Source: Candidatus Nitrospira inopinata (GTDB taxonomy: Bacteria > Nitrospirota > Nitrospiria > Nitrospirales > Nitrospiraceae). From it: a DNA stretch of 32,000 nt. The position numbers were made by a program, and so were the translations under genes. Under the pieces are notes generated by a model, which was given only the letters and a program-made list of their open reading frames with translations, was not told the origin of the DNA and made no database searches. Positions within the stretch are counted from its first letter, which is position 1; each line of letters begins with the position of its first letter. Below, one piece after another: positions 1 to 9,157 of this stretch. The stretch spans positions 1,260,001-1,292,000 of the forward strand of contig NZ_LN885086.1 of the NCBI RefSeq assembly GCF_001458695.1. The letters run 5' to 3'.

Positions 1-809
1 CGCTCAAGGCGGGACACACGTACCACTTCAGCGGTCAGACCATCGCTCATGACGAGATTATCGGGAAACAGGATGGCACGGTCGTCGTGCTGTCCGGCGG
101 AAAGAAGATGTTGGCGCTTAAGCCTACGTTCAGGGATTACGTGCTCAAAATGCCCCGCGGCGCGCAAGTGCTGTACCCAAAGGACCTCGCGCTCATTCCC
201 ATGTGGGCGGACATCTATCCGGGGGCTCGGGTCTTTGAGGCGGGAACCGGTTCGGGAGCGCTCACCATGGCGCTTTTGCGCGCGGTGGGGCCGAAAGGGC
301 TGGTTGTGACGTACGACGTGCGAGAAGATTTCGCCCGCACCGCGCTTCTGAACATCGATCGTCATCTGGGGCCCGTTCACAACTTGGTGGCCTTGCGCAA
401 GAACGCCTACGAATCGATCGAGATGCCGGAGGATGGAGTTCCATTTGATCGCGTGGTGCTGGATCTTCCCGAGCCGTGGCAAGTGGTTCCTCATGCGGCC
501 AGGGTTCTTCGGTCAGGTGGAATATATTTGAGTTTCGTCCCGACGGTCCCGCAAGTCATGCAAACGGTCGAGGCGCTGGAGCGGGCGGCGACGTTCGCCA
601 TGATGGAAACGTTTGAGTCGTTGCTGCGGACCTGGTCGGTGCAAGGCCGAAGCGTGAGGCCGGACCACAGGATGGTCGCCCACTCCGGATTCATTACCGT
701 GGCAAGGAAAGTGGAAGCCGGCTTGCCCGCGGCGCGAGCGGAACAAGCCGATGCCGACGATGTCTTCAACGCCGAGACGAGGGGCGAAACGGAAGGGTCG
801 GAAGGGTGA
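1..809 (+). CDS. trmI: tRNA (adenine-N1)-methyltransferase, TrmI/GCD14 family; 5' end lies outside the window
   Basis: Frame 3 is open from nt 3 (LKAGHTYHFSGQTIAHDEIIGKQDGTVVVLSGGKKM...), so the ATG at 87 is internal. SAM-binding motif EAGTGSGALT and the VLDLPEPW motif are typical of TrmI. Confidence 0.8.
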   Translation, partial: LKAGHTYHFSGQTIAHDEIIGKQDGTVVVLSGGKKMLALKPTFRDYVLKMPRGAQVLYPKDLALIPMWADIYPGARVFEAGTGSGALTMALLRAVGPKGLVVTYDVREDFARTALLNIDRHLGPVHNLVALRKNAYESIEMPEDGVPFDRVVLDLPEPWQVVPHAARVLRSGGIYLSFVPTVPQVMQTVEALERAATFAMMETFESLLRTWSVQGRSVRPDHRMVAHSGFITVARKVEAGLPAARAEQADADDVFNAETRGETEGSEG

Positions 810-814
810 GCAGG

Positions 815-1576
815 ATGCAGCGATTGACGGGGAAAGTCGCCGTCATCACGGGTGGGAATGCCGGGATCGGGGAAGCCGTGGCCAAACGGTTTGCGGCGGA
901 AGGGGCGTCGGTGACGATCACGGGGCGCCGTCAAGCGGAGTTAGATCGTGTGGCACGGACGATTCGGCATGCCACCGAGAACGTCCTGGCCGTCGCCGGT
1001 TCCGTAACGGACGAGGCGCACGCGCAAGAGGTTGTGCGGACGACCATCGATCGCTTCGGTCGGATTGATATTTTGGTGAACAATGCGGGGATCGGCGATT
1101 TCGGCAAGCGGTTGCACGAGATCGACGATGAGCGATGGGGAACCGTTTTTGACGTCAACGTGACGGGCGTGTTTCGCATGACGAGGGCGACGATCCCCCA
1201 GATGCTGAAACAGAAGGCCGGCTCTATCGTGAATATCTCGTCCGTCGCCAGCTTGGTCGGAATTCCCGGATTGCCGGCCTATGCCGCGTCCAAAGGGGCC
1301 CTTGACGCCCTCACAAGGGCGCTGGCGGTCGACTATGCCCAAGACGGCATCCGTTGCAACGTGGTCAACCCGGCGCTCATCGATACCCCGATGGCGGCGC
1401 CGCTGATGGCGAATCCGGCGATGCTGCAATCGATGCTCGCCCAATATGCCGTTCGTCGCGCGGGGAGCCCTGATGAAGTGGCGAGCCTGGTGCTCTATCT
1501 GGCATCGGACGAGGCCGGGTGGGTGACCGGAGGCACGTTTACGATCGACGGGGGAATGACCATCTACAAGGGCTAG
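815..1576 (+). CDS. Short-chain dehydrogenase/reductase (SDR) family oxidoreductase
   Basis: N-terminal TGGNAGIG Rossmann motif, NNAG, and catalytic S...YAASK. The ATG at 815 (MQRLTGKVAVITGG) is preferred over the GTG at 806, which overlaps the trmI stop. Substrate unknown. Confidence 0.85.
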   Translation: MQRLTGKVAVITGGNAGIGEAVAKRFAAEGASVTITGRRQAELDRVARTIRHATENVLAVAGSVTDEAHAQEVVRTTIDRFGRIDILVNNAGIGDFGKRLHEIDDERWGTVFDVNVTGVFRMTRATIPQMLKQKAGSIVNISSVASLVGIPGLPAYAASKGALDALTRALAVDYAQDGIRCNVVNPALIDTPMAAPLMANPAMLQSMLAQYAVRRAGSPDEVASLVLYLASDEAGWVTGGTFTIDGGMTIYKG

Positions 1577-1613
1577 GCCGGCGGCCATTTCCCCGCATCT
1601 GCACACGAAAAAT

Positions 1614-2468
1614 ATGGAGATCGGTCCCCACACTCGGTTTTGCGGCATTATCGGCAATCCCGTCGAACATTCTCTCTCTCCCGCCATTCACAACGCGGCC
1701 TTTCGGTCGCTCGGCGTCGATTGCGTGTATCTGGCGTGGAAAGTCGAACGGATCGGAGACGCGATTCGAGGCCTCCGGGCGCTGGGGAATTTCCGCGGCG
1801 CCAGCGTGACCATCCCGCATAAGGTCGCGGCCGTGCCGTTTCTGGACGAGATCGAACCGACGGCCGGCCGGATCGGCGCCATCAATACAATCGTGGCGGA
1901 GAAGGGGCGCCTCATCGGGTATAACACCGACGCTACCGGCGCCCTGCGCGCTCTGCGGGGTGGGGGCGTCGCGCTGGCCGGGCGGCGCATTGTCATGCTC
2001 GGCTCGGGAGGCGCCGCGCGCGCCATCGCCTTTGCGCTGGCGGCGGAATCGGACGCGGAGAAGCTCGTCATCCTGGGCGTCGATCACGCCGAACGAACGA
2101 CGTTGGCCGATGATCTTCGATCCAAGACCGCCTTACCCGTTAACGACGACACCCTTGACGAGAGCACCCTTCGCCGGACGGTCCCTGACGCCCACGTTCT
2201 GATTCACTGCACGCCGGTCGGCATGTTCCCCAAGGCGGACGCCTCCTGTGTGCCGGCTTCATTGTTGCACGCCGGTCTGGCCGTGATGGATATCGTCTAT
2301 AACCCCAGGGTCACGAGGTTGCTCGCGGATGCCCAACGAGCCGGCTGTCGGACGATTCCCGGTCTGGAGATGTTTCTTCATCAGGCGGTCGCGCAATTTG
2401 AACTGTGGACGAATCGATCGGCCCCCGTTGACGTGATGCGCGCGGTGCTGGAGTCCCATTTCACATGA
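1614..2468 (+). CDS. aroE: Shikimate dehydrogenase
   Basis: Motifs GNPVEHSLSP, SVTIPHK, GYNTDATG and a GSGGAARA NADP-binding loop. Lies immediately upstream of aroK and overlaps it. Confidence 0.9.
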   Translation: MEIGPHTRFCGIIGNPVEHSLSPAIHNAAFRSLGVDCVYLAWKVERIGDAIRGLRALGNFRGASVTIPHKVAAVPFLDEIEPTAGRIGAINTIVAEKGRLIGYNTDATGALRALRGGGVALAGRRIVMLGSGGAARAIAFALAAESDAEKLVILGVDHAERTTLADDLRSKTALPVNDDTLDESTLRRTVPDAHVLIHCTPVGMFPKADASCVPASLLHAGLAVMDIVYNPRVTRLLADAQRAGCRTIPGLEMFLHQAVAQFELWTNRSAPVDVMRAVLESHFT

Positions 2469-2965
2469 ACGTCGTGCTGATCGGTTATCGCGGGACCGGC
2501 AAGAGCACGGTGGGGAAAATCGTGGCGTCCCGCCTGGGGAGGACCGTGATCTCGACCGACGCGGAAGTGGTAAAACGGGCCGGACGGAACATCCCCGAGA
2601 TTGTCGCGCAATACGGCTGGGACTACTTCCGCGATCTCGAGTCTCAGGTGTGTCGTGAGCTGGCGGCGGGAGACGGCCTGGTGATCGACACGGGAGGCGG
2701 AGCCATCCTGCGTCCGGAGAACGTCGAGCGTCTCAAACAAAACGGTATCCTGTTTTGGCTGACGGCGTCCGTTGAGACGATCGTCCGACGTATCGGCCGT
2801 GATAAGCAACGCCCGTCGCTCACTGGAACCAAATCCTTTGTCGACGAGGTGGAGGACGTTTTGCGCGAGCGGACGCCGAAGTATCAAGCCGCGGCGGATC
2901 ACGTCATCGCGACGGATGGACGATCCCTCGGGCAAGTTGCGGACGAGATTCTTGCGCGTCTCTAG
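2465..2965 (+). CDS. aroK: Shikimate kinase
   Basis: Walker A GYRGTGKST at the N-terminus, size of 166 aa, and an ATGA start/stop overlap with aroE. Confidence 0.9.
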   Translation: MNVVLIGYRGTGKSTVGKIVASRLGRTVISTDAEVVKRAGRNIPEIVAQYGWDYFRDLESQVCRELAAGDGLVIDTGGGAILRPENVERLKQNGILFWLTASVETIVRRIGRDKQRPSLTGTKSFVDEVEDVLRERTPKYQAAADHVIATDGRSLGQVADEILARL

Positions 2966-3025
2966 TCAACCGGCGGATCATGTTCTTGACAAGTCTTCTC
3001 CCAACATGCTTTTTGTAGGCTTGCT

Positions 3026-3102
<77 letters not shown>

Positions 3103-3621
3103 CACTGAGGAGCATGCGCCGCCTGGATTCGGCATGCTCACCGGCTCTCGAAGCCGAGACGGCGCCACCCCCTCCCCTGAGCGGCGCCGTATGACGCGGC
3201 AGACAGATTCTTCCGGGCTTGCGAACAAGATCGATTCTGAGTCTCGATAGAGCCTTTACCTCTATCTTCCCGCCTAACTTGTCATGATCGCGGCATTTTT
3301 GATGATCCGGCAGCCTGATTTCATTTGGAACCTCTCAATCGGCAAAGTAGCTGGAGGGCCCCGGCGAGACCAAATAAGAGAATTCTGGCATAATTAAAAA
3401 AGTCAAGAAGAAGAGGTAACCTTGGATGTGAAAGATACGGGTCAAGAAGGGGGCAAAACGAAGTCCGCTGTCCGGATGGAAAAGAGAACAGTGCCATGTG
3501 GAAGGGGAGCCCTCATGCCTTTTTATGCGAGCGATCGCTTCAAGAAGTGAGGCCGATGTATTCATGGATCTGCCGTGCGGGTGACGGAATGGACGAGCCA
3601 CCCAGGAGAAGGAGATAAGCC

Positions 3622-3762
3622 ATGATCCCCATCTTGCAGGATATAAGAGCAGGGTTCTTTTTGGCCCTTGCCTTGGCGATGGTGGTGTTGATTTGTACGA
3701 TCGCCGGATTGGGAGTAGTGCTACGACCGGTCCGCTGGTCTGATCGCAGAGGGTACCGATAG
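3622..3762 (+). CDS. Hypothetical 46-aa hydrophobic peptide (single predicted TM helix)
   Basis: Below the ORF-track cutoff. ATG preceded by AGGAGAAGGAG, ending about 7 nt upstream. Translation: MIPILQDIRAGFFLALALAMVVLICTIAGLGVVLRPVRWSDRRGYR. No homology support. Confidence 0.3.
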   Translation: MIPILQDIRAGFFLALALAMVVLICTIAGLGVVLRPVRWSDRRGYR

Positions 3763-4096
3763 CTCGTGGCCCGGTATTGTCCGATGGCATAGGGGCAGGG
3801 GCTCAGGGTGAGACAAGCCCTCATACTTCTCCTCGGTTTTCCTCAATAAGGCGGCTTCAGGTTCACGTTCTTCATCGACGCAATCTTCTTGCTGATTGTA
3901 AAACCTTCGCAGGATCCCCGTAGTTTCGGCCATTTGCCGACGAGGAGCCGGCCGAGAGGCGGTTTTTTTAATCGATGCTATATTTGTTGTGTTTCGAACC
4001 GGAAGTCCACAAAACGGGGTTTCTGTCGCGTGGGTTGTGTCGGCGCGTGGGGAGCTCAACGGGCGTAGAAGGTCTTGATCGGGAGGCAAGAAAGGT

Positions 4097-4720
4097 ATGA
4101 ATCGATTTGTCGCCAGATCCGGTGCGGTTGTGGTTGCAGGGGCGATTCTCATTATGCTTCAAGGCTGCGGGACGAAATGGGTGCAATCCGACGGCGAACA
4201 AGCGGCTCCTCCCCTTTCAAATCAAGGGTCGGGAGGGGAGTTGCGCGGTTTTTCCCGCAATCCGCCCCAAGAGCGAGTGACCGGAGACGGCTCCGTGCCC
4301 GGCGCGTCTTCGATGGCGACCGCCCGCCGGTCGGCCGAGCGGACCAAAGAAGAGATGGAGGCGGAGCAAGCCGCGGCGGAAGCCGGTCTTCAGGACGTCT
4401 TTTTTGGTTACGACGAATGGACGGTGTCTCCGGCGGGAATCGAAGCGCTCGATCGCGATGCCGCCTACCTCAAGGATCACCCGGATGCCGTGTTAAGGGT
4501 CGAGGGTCATTGTGATGAGCGCGGCACGAGCGCGTATAACCTGGTGCTGGGAGACAAACGGGCCAAAGCCGTCCGTCGTTACTTGGTTGAATCCGGTGTC
4601 GGCGAGAGGCGAATCACGATCGTCTCTCTCGGCAAGGAACGGCCCTTCTGCTTCGATCATGACGAAGCCTGTTATCAGCAGAACCGCCGAGGCCATATGC
4701 TGCTCAATCTGAAAAGATAG
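4097..4720 (+). CDS. pal: Peptidoglycan-associated lipoprotein / OmpA-family protein
   Basis: Signal peptide with lipobox-like LQGC. C-terminal OmpA_C domain (VFFGYDEWTVSP, LRVEGHCDERGTSAYNLVLGDKRAKAV, GKERP). Confidence 0.85.
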   Translation: MNRFVARSGAVVVAGAILIMLQGCGTKWVQSDGEQAAPPLSNQGSGGELRGFSRNPPQERVTGDGSVPGASSMATARRSAERTKEEMEAEQAAAEAGLQDVFFGYDEWTVSPAGIEALDRDAAYLKDHPDAVLRVEGHCDERGTSAYNLVLGDKRAKAVRRYLVESGVGERRITIVSLGKERPFCFDHDEACYQQNRRGHMLLNLKR

Positions 4721-4830
4721 CGACGGTGCGCGAGGTGTGTCCTGCATGGCTCCGCGTAGACGGAGAAAGGAGAGGAGCAAGAGAATCGCCCCGACCTTCG
4801 GGCGGAGTCTTGGACGAATAGGTGACCGTG

Positions 4831-5229
4831 ATGGACTGGAGGAAGAGAAGAGTCGCTTCAAAGATGGGAAGGCCGGCACAGGCGTCGTCCTGTTCGTCGG
4901 ATAGACTTCAGGCTCGGGACCGACGCGATCAGCCGCGATTTCATGCCCAATTCCGCAGCAGCCTTTCCGGACAGCACCAGGAGGGGCACGGACGAACCAT
5001 GGATATCTCGGCAGGGGGCTGCAAGATCGAGAGTGATCTAATGGTCGCGGAAGGGACGACCCTTGAATGTCGGATCCACGTTCCTGGACTGGATTGGCCT
5101 CTGAGGATCGACGAGGCCACGGTCCGGTGGACGGACGGCAAGACGTTCGGTCTCAGGTTTTCCAAAATCAGCCCTCAAGAGCTGGAAAAGCTCGAGGCGG
5201 TTCTCGACGACCTTGAGCGCGAGGCGTAA
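4831..5229 (+). CDS. PilZ domain protein (putative c-di-GMP receptor)
   Basis: RRDQPR (RxxxR) followed by DISAGG (D/NxSxxG). Start uncertain: GTG 4822, ATG 4831 or ATG 4864. Confidence 0.6.
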   Translation: MDWRKRRVASKMGRPAQASSCSSDRLQARDRRDQPRFHAQFRSSLSGQHQEGHGRTMDISAGGCKIESDLMVAEGTTLECRIHVPGLDWPLRIDEATVRWTDGKTFGLRFSKISPQELEKLEAVLDDLEREA

Positions 5230-5432
5230 TCGAGAACGCGCTGCTCTCCGATAGACCGCTCACTGAATCTACCCGCCAGCTTCGGACAAACACCGTTGAC
5301 AGAGGTGCCGCAACTATCAGAAAGTACAGCCCCCCAAGGTCCAACGGTTATCGCCGGATAATGGAATCATGGAGGCGGTCGGATTGCAGGTTCGGTGTTG
5401 TTGACGAGGGCCTGAAAAAGGAGGAAGGGGAA

Positions 5433-5594
5433 GTGGAACAACGCTACGTGGTGACAGTGAAATTTCTCGTGGAGGCGGATTCGGCGGAAGACGCAGAGGA
5501 AATGATTGAAAGCGCGTGCGAGAAGGCGGCGGCATCATTTCCCGGCATGAGTTACGAGGGAATTGAAGATATCGAAGAGGGCGAGGAGGAGTAA
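5433..5594 (+). CDS. Small acidic hypothetical protein (~53 aa)
   Basis: GTG at 5433 lies 8 nt after AGGAGG. The ORF could alternatively start at ATG 5361, which has no SD. The C-terminus is strongly acidic (IEDIEEGEEE). No recognisable family. Confidence 0.4.
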   Translation: MEQRYVVTVKFLVEADSAEDAEEMIESACEKAAASFPGMSYEGIEDIEEGEEE

Positions 5595-5683
5595 AAACTT
5601 TCCGTCGTGATCGTCGCCGGCGGACGAACGTATCGTCGGAATCAGAGACGCGACGAACTCCTTTTCTTTGAACGGCAGTCGAT

Positions 5684-6247
5684 ATGGAAACAGCCGTCCG
5701 CTCAAATCAGCCTCGGTACGAAGTGGCGACGCTCGCCGGAGGCTGTTTCTGGTGTCTCGAAGCGGTATTCGACCTGGTTCGAGGCGTTGTGTCCGTGGAG
5801 TCCGGCTACATGGGGGGAGCAACCGACCGTCCGACCTATGAAGCGGTCTGTAGCGGTCAAACGGGGCATGCCGAAGCGGTTCGGATCACCTTTGATCCCG
5901 GAGTGATTTCGTATCGAGATCTCCTGGAAATCTTCTTTGCGATTCACGATCCCACGACGCTTAACCGGCAGGGCAATGACAGAGGGACTCAGTATCGTTC
6001 GGCCATTTTTTACCATCATCCGCTCCAACGGGAAATCGCCGAACAGATGATTCATGCTCTGACCGAACAGAAACGATATCCAAACCCCATCGTGACCGAG
6101 GTGGTGCCGGCTTCGCAGTGGTACGAAGCGGAGGCGTATCACCAGGAGTACTTTCAACGAAATCCCTTCCAAGGCTATTGTCAGTATGTCGTGGGGCCGA
6201 AAGTGGCGAAGTTCCGTAAGGAACATGCCGATCGCCTGAAGGCCTAA
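5684..6247 (+). CDS. msrA: Peptide-methionine (S)-S-oxide reductase
   Basis: Active-site motif GGCFWCLEAVF, GHAEAV, and a conserved YHQ(E)Y near the C-terminus. Confidence 0.92.
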   Translation: METAVRSNQPRYEVATLAGGCFWCLEAVFDLVRGVVSVESGYMGGATDRPTYEAVCSGQTGHAEAVRITFDPGVISYRDLLEIFFAIHDPTTLNRQGNDRGTQYRSAIFYHHPLQREIAEQMIHALTEQKRYPNPIVTEVVPASQWYEAEAYHQEYFQRNPFQGYCQYVVGPKVAKFRKEHADRLKA

Positions 6248-6678
6248 TCCCCGGTTGAGTTCCAGCCTGTCCCCTTGGTCAGGATCTCTCGGATCGATCC
6301 GAACACAGGCGGTTTTTGGAAAATTTGACGCGTGTGGAGCCGCACCTCCGCGTGAACCGGACAGAAGGGCCATTCGCCGGGCTGATTCCCTTGCACATGC
6401 GCCACGATCGATGGATTCGCGGGATCATCCGACACCTGAGCGATAATCAAAGGGCTGTCGGGATCGAGCAAGCAGGTGTCATCGAGGCGAGAGCCGGAAG
6501 TGTTCGATGGCGTAATGAGCTGAACCCGCTGCTCTCCATCTGAAAAGACCGTATCGCCCTCGCGAAGAGGACCGGTCGGAGCCAATGAGTAGAGAATAAG
6601 CGGGGCGACCAGGATCATGATCGCGACGATGCCGATCGACCACAGCGGCGGTTCGGCTGGAGAATGTTCCGAAGACAC
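6244..6678 (-). CDS. Hypothetical membrane-anchored protein
   Basis: 144-aa ORF with an N-terminal TM helix (LWSIGIVAIMILVAPLILYSL). Divergent from the porin gene; no recognisable family. Confidence 0.45.
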   Translation of the reverse strand: MSSEHSPAEPPLWSIGIVAIMILVAPLILYSLAPTGPLREGDTVFSDGEQRVQLITPSNTSGSRLDDTCLLDPDSPLIIAQVSDDPANPSIVAHVQGNQPGEWPFCPVHAEVRLHTRQIFQKPPVFGSIREILTKGTGWNSTGD

Positions 6679-6750
6679 CCCTGTCTCCTCTTTTGATGAA
6701 TCGTTCCGTATTCTATCCCAGAGGTGGGCTCTCTTGCCGTCCTCTGAAAA

Positions 6751-6788
6751 TTAACCAACCTGTAACAGATCCGTCATCCCATCACAAT
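6751..6788 (+). promoter_or_regulatory. Candidate Pho-box array upstream of the porin gene
   Basis: 11-bp-phased units TTAACCAACCT / GTAACAGATCC / GTCATCCCATC / ACAAT. Very similar in order and phasing to the array at 10404-10444. Confidence 0.4.
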
Positions 6789-6860
6789 CTTCTCGGCCTA
6801 CCTAATCGCCTGCGGTTGATCCTTGGCAGTTTTGACGATGGATGAGAGGAGGGAGCGGGC

Positions 6861-8246
6861 ATGTTCTTTGGGCTGACGAACAAGAAGAACCGGCGTTGGA
6901 GATGGATGGGGTGGATGGGGATGTGTCTGCTGATGGCGTTGAGCGTGGGGGTGAACGAAACGGCTCGAGCCGGCCACTTGGAAGATTTGATGCTGGAAAA
7001 GGGACAAATCACCATCGACGAATGGGTCGAGCTCAAGGCGGAAGAAGAACGGCGGGAAAGCAAGAAATTGGAAGAGAGCCGGAGCGTCGGCGATACGCCT
7101 GTGACCGCGAAATGGTACGAGAAGATCAGCGTCCGAGGCTACACCCAAATACGATGGAACCGATTGGGGCAACCAAACGGCGCCCTGGTGAGCAATCAAG
7201 GGGACCGGTCCATCGGGGATAACAGCGGGTTCTTCCTGCGTCGCGCCCGTCTGGTTTTAAGCGGCCAGCCGCATGACCGGTTATTTATCTACCTCCAGCC
7301 CGACTTTGCCTCGAGCGTCACTGGCGGGAACCACGTGGTTCAGCTACGAGATTGGTATGCGGATATCTTTCTCACGGAGGACAAGGAATGGCGCATTCGG
7401 GCCGGGCAATCGAAGGTGCCCTATGGGTTTGAGAATATGCAATCAAGCCAGAATCGTTTGGCGCTCGACCGTGCCGATGCCCTCAATAGCGCCGTCTTGA
7501 ATGAACGAGACTTTGGTTTCTTTCTCTATTATGCGCCCAGCCATGTCCGGGCGCGGTTTCGGAAACTGGTCGAGAGCGGCCTCAAGGGATCCGGCGACTA
7601 CGGCATGTTGGGTGTGGGCGTCTATAATGGTCAGACGGCCAATCAGGTGGAATTGAACGACAATAAGCATGTGATTCTGCGCGCCGCCTATCCCTTTGAG
7701 TTTCCGAACGGCCAGATCGTGGAATTGGGCGCCAGCGCCTACCATGGGAAGTTCGGCATCACGAAGACGCGCATTGTGCCGGAAGGCGGTGGCGCGGCCG
7801 TGACCCCGGCGGGCCCGACGACCTTCCTTGACGAACGGGTTGGCGCTTATTTCATGATCTATCCTCAGCCGTTCGGCCTTCAGGGTGAATATACGTTCGG
7901 GCATGGGCCGAGGCTGAGCGAGGATCGCCGTTCCATTAGCACCAGGCCGCTTCATGGCGGCTACATCCAGGCGATGTACAACTACAAGTGCCCGGCCTAC
8001 TGTCTGAGCGTCTGGCCCTTCATCCGGTATCAAGAATATCTTGGCGGCAGAAAGCATGAGCCGAATGCACCGAGTCATCGCGTGCGGGAGCTCGAAATCG
8101 GGGCGGAGCTCCAGATCAATCCCAATCTGGAACTCACGGCGTCCTATTCCTGGACCGATCGGACTTCGTCTGTCGCAACGGGGTCCGAACCGTACAAGAG
8201 TCAGGCGGGAAACCTGATTCGATTCCAACTGCAATTCAACTACTAG
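6861..8246 (+). CDS. Phosphate-selective porin O/P family outer-membrane protein
   Basis: Signal peptide. Internal GQSKVPYGFENMQSSQNRLALDRA segment typical of the OprO/OprP family. C-terminal beta-barrel ending (FQLQFNY). Sits in pst gene context. Confidence 0.75.
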   Translation: MFFGLTNKKNRRWRWMGWMGMCLLMALSVGVNETARAGHLEDLMLEKGQITIDEWVELKAEEERRESKKLEESRSVGDTPVTAKWYEKISVRGYTQIRWNRLGQPNGALVSNQGDRSIGDNSGFFLRRARLVLSGQPHDRLFIYLQPDFASSVTGGNHVVQLRDWYADIFLTEDKEWRIRAGQSKVPYGFENMQSSQNRLALDRADALNSAVLNERDFGFFLYYAPSHVRARFRKLVESGLKGSGDYGMLGVGVYNGQTANQVELNDNKHVILRAAYPFEFPNGQIVELGASAYHGKFGITKTRIVPEGGGAAVTPAGPTTFLDERVGAYFMIYPQPFGLQGEYTFGHGPRLSEDRRSISTRPLHGGYIQAMYNYKCPAYCLSVWPFIRYQEYLGGRKHEPNAPSHRVRELEIGAELQINPNLELTASYSWTDRTSSVATGSEPYKSQAGNLIRFQLQFNY

Positions 8247-8358
8247 GCGATCCGTGGATGGTGGTCGCCATTTGTTCTCGGCTGCCAACGAGCGTCTCAT
8301 GAAGGCTCGGCAACCGAGCGGCCGGAAAGCGGAACCAAAGGAGATAAGGAGATATGAC

Positions 8359-9105
8359 CTACGGCTTTCCGGTCGACGGTTGGCTTGGGGTTGCGGGGGA
8401 ATGGCTTTTCTGCAACAGATGGGCCCTTACCTGGCTCAGCCGTACCACGAGTTCGGGCCGGTCTGACCGAAAGAGTCGGCTGAAGAAAGGGCCGCTTTGT
8501 GGTGGCACGAGGGCGGCGGCCGGCTCAAAGTCCAGCTTGGCCCGGAGCGGTGTGATAGACCGGAGCGGCATCATCCGGTCATCGTGCGTGTCGGCCATGC
8601 CCAGGTCGGAAGTATAGTGTGTCGGTGAACGGTAGTTGCTTATGATGATGTGGAGCTCGTCGCCGTCGAGGAAGATCCCGCCGGACGTGACTTTCCTGAT
8701 GATCGCGGTTTGCTGGACCGATTGATAAAACGTGACGACCTGTTCGGGTGTCGCCGTCTTCAATCCCTGCGTCAGTAACGGGGCAAAGAAGCTGATTTCA
8801 GCGGCAGTGAACGCGGGATGCCGAGGCGGCTCTTCGTCTTTGCCGAAGAAAGGCAACGATGGAACCAGCTTGACCGGTTCATTGATGATGACCCCTCCGA
8901 GAACGGCGGCCATCTCGGCCGTGGTGACGTCGATGGGGTGAGAGTGCCCTCCCCCCACGGTGTGATCGACTTCCAGTCGGACAAACCGAGACGGGCTTTC
9001 ATAGATGGTCTGCGTGAGTGCGTGTCGACTCTGACAGGCGTTCATGCCGAATCCCATCACAACCACGCACAGAGTCATCCACGTCGTCGAATAATGACGA
9101 TTCAT
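8359..9105 (-). CDS. Hypothetical secreted protein or lipoprotein
   Basis: 248-aa ORF with a signal peptide and weak lipobox (GMNAC). Lies 52 bp downstream of pstS paralogue 1 on the same strand. No recognisable family. Confidence 0.55.
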   Translation of the reverse strand: MNRHYSTTWMTLCVVVMGFGMNACQSRHALTQTIYESPSRFVRLEVDHTVGGGHSHPIDVTTAEMAAVLGGVIINEPVKLVPSLPFFGKDEEPPRHPAFTAAEISFFAPLLTQGLKTATPEQVVTFYQSVQQTAIIRKVTSGGIFLDGDELHIIISNYRSPTHYTSDLGMADTHDDRMMPLRSITPLRAKLDFEPAAALVPPQSGPFFSRLFRSDRPELVVRLSQVRAHLLQKSHSPATPSQPSTGKP

Positions 9106-9157
9106 CGTTTGCGATCCATGGGCGTGAAGGTAGGCATGTCTTGTAGGACGGACCGAG

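Noticed and set aside
941-1687. 248-aa minus-strand ORF
   Set aside because: Antisense to the SDR gene, which has canonical motifs. The composition is that of a shadow ORF.
3335-4152. Minus-strand ORFs 3335-3790, 3540-3824 and 3721-4152 downstream of the tRNA
   Set aside because: They overlap one another and have no SD. Their Pro/Ser/Arg-rich composition carries no motif. They are treated as non-coding, apart from the possible short internal ORF mentioned in the findings.
5702-8300. Minus-strand ORFs 5702-6373 (223 aa) and 7443-8300 (285 aa)
   Set aside because: Antisense to msrA and to the porin gene respectively. Both sense genes have strong family signatures.
8247-8358. Hairpins GGCGA...TCGCC and GCTCGG-CAA-CCGAGC between the convergent porin and lipoprotein genes, considered as terminators
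   Set aside because: The stems are short (5-6 bp) and lack a following T-tract on either strand, so there is not enough support to annotate them.
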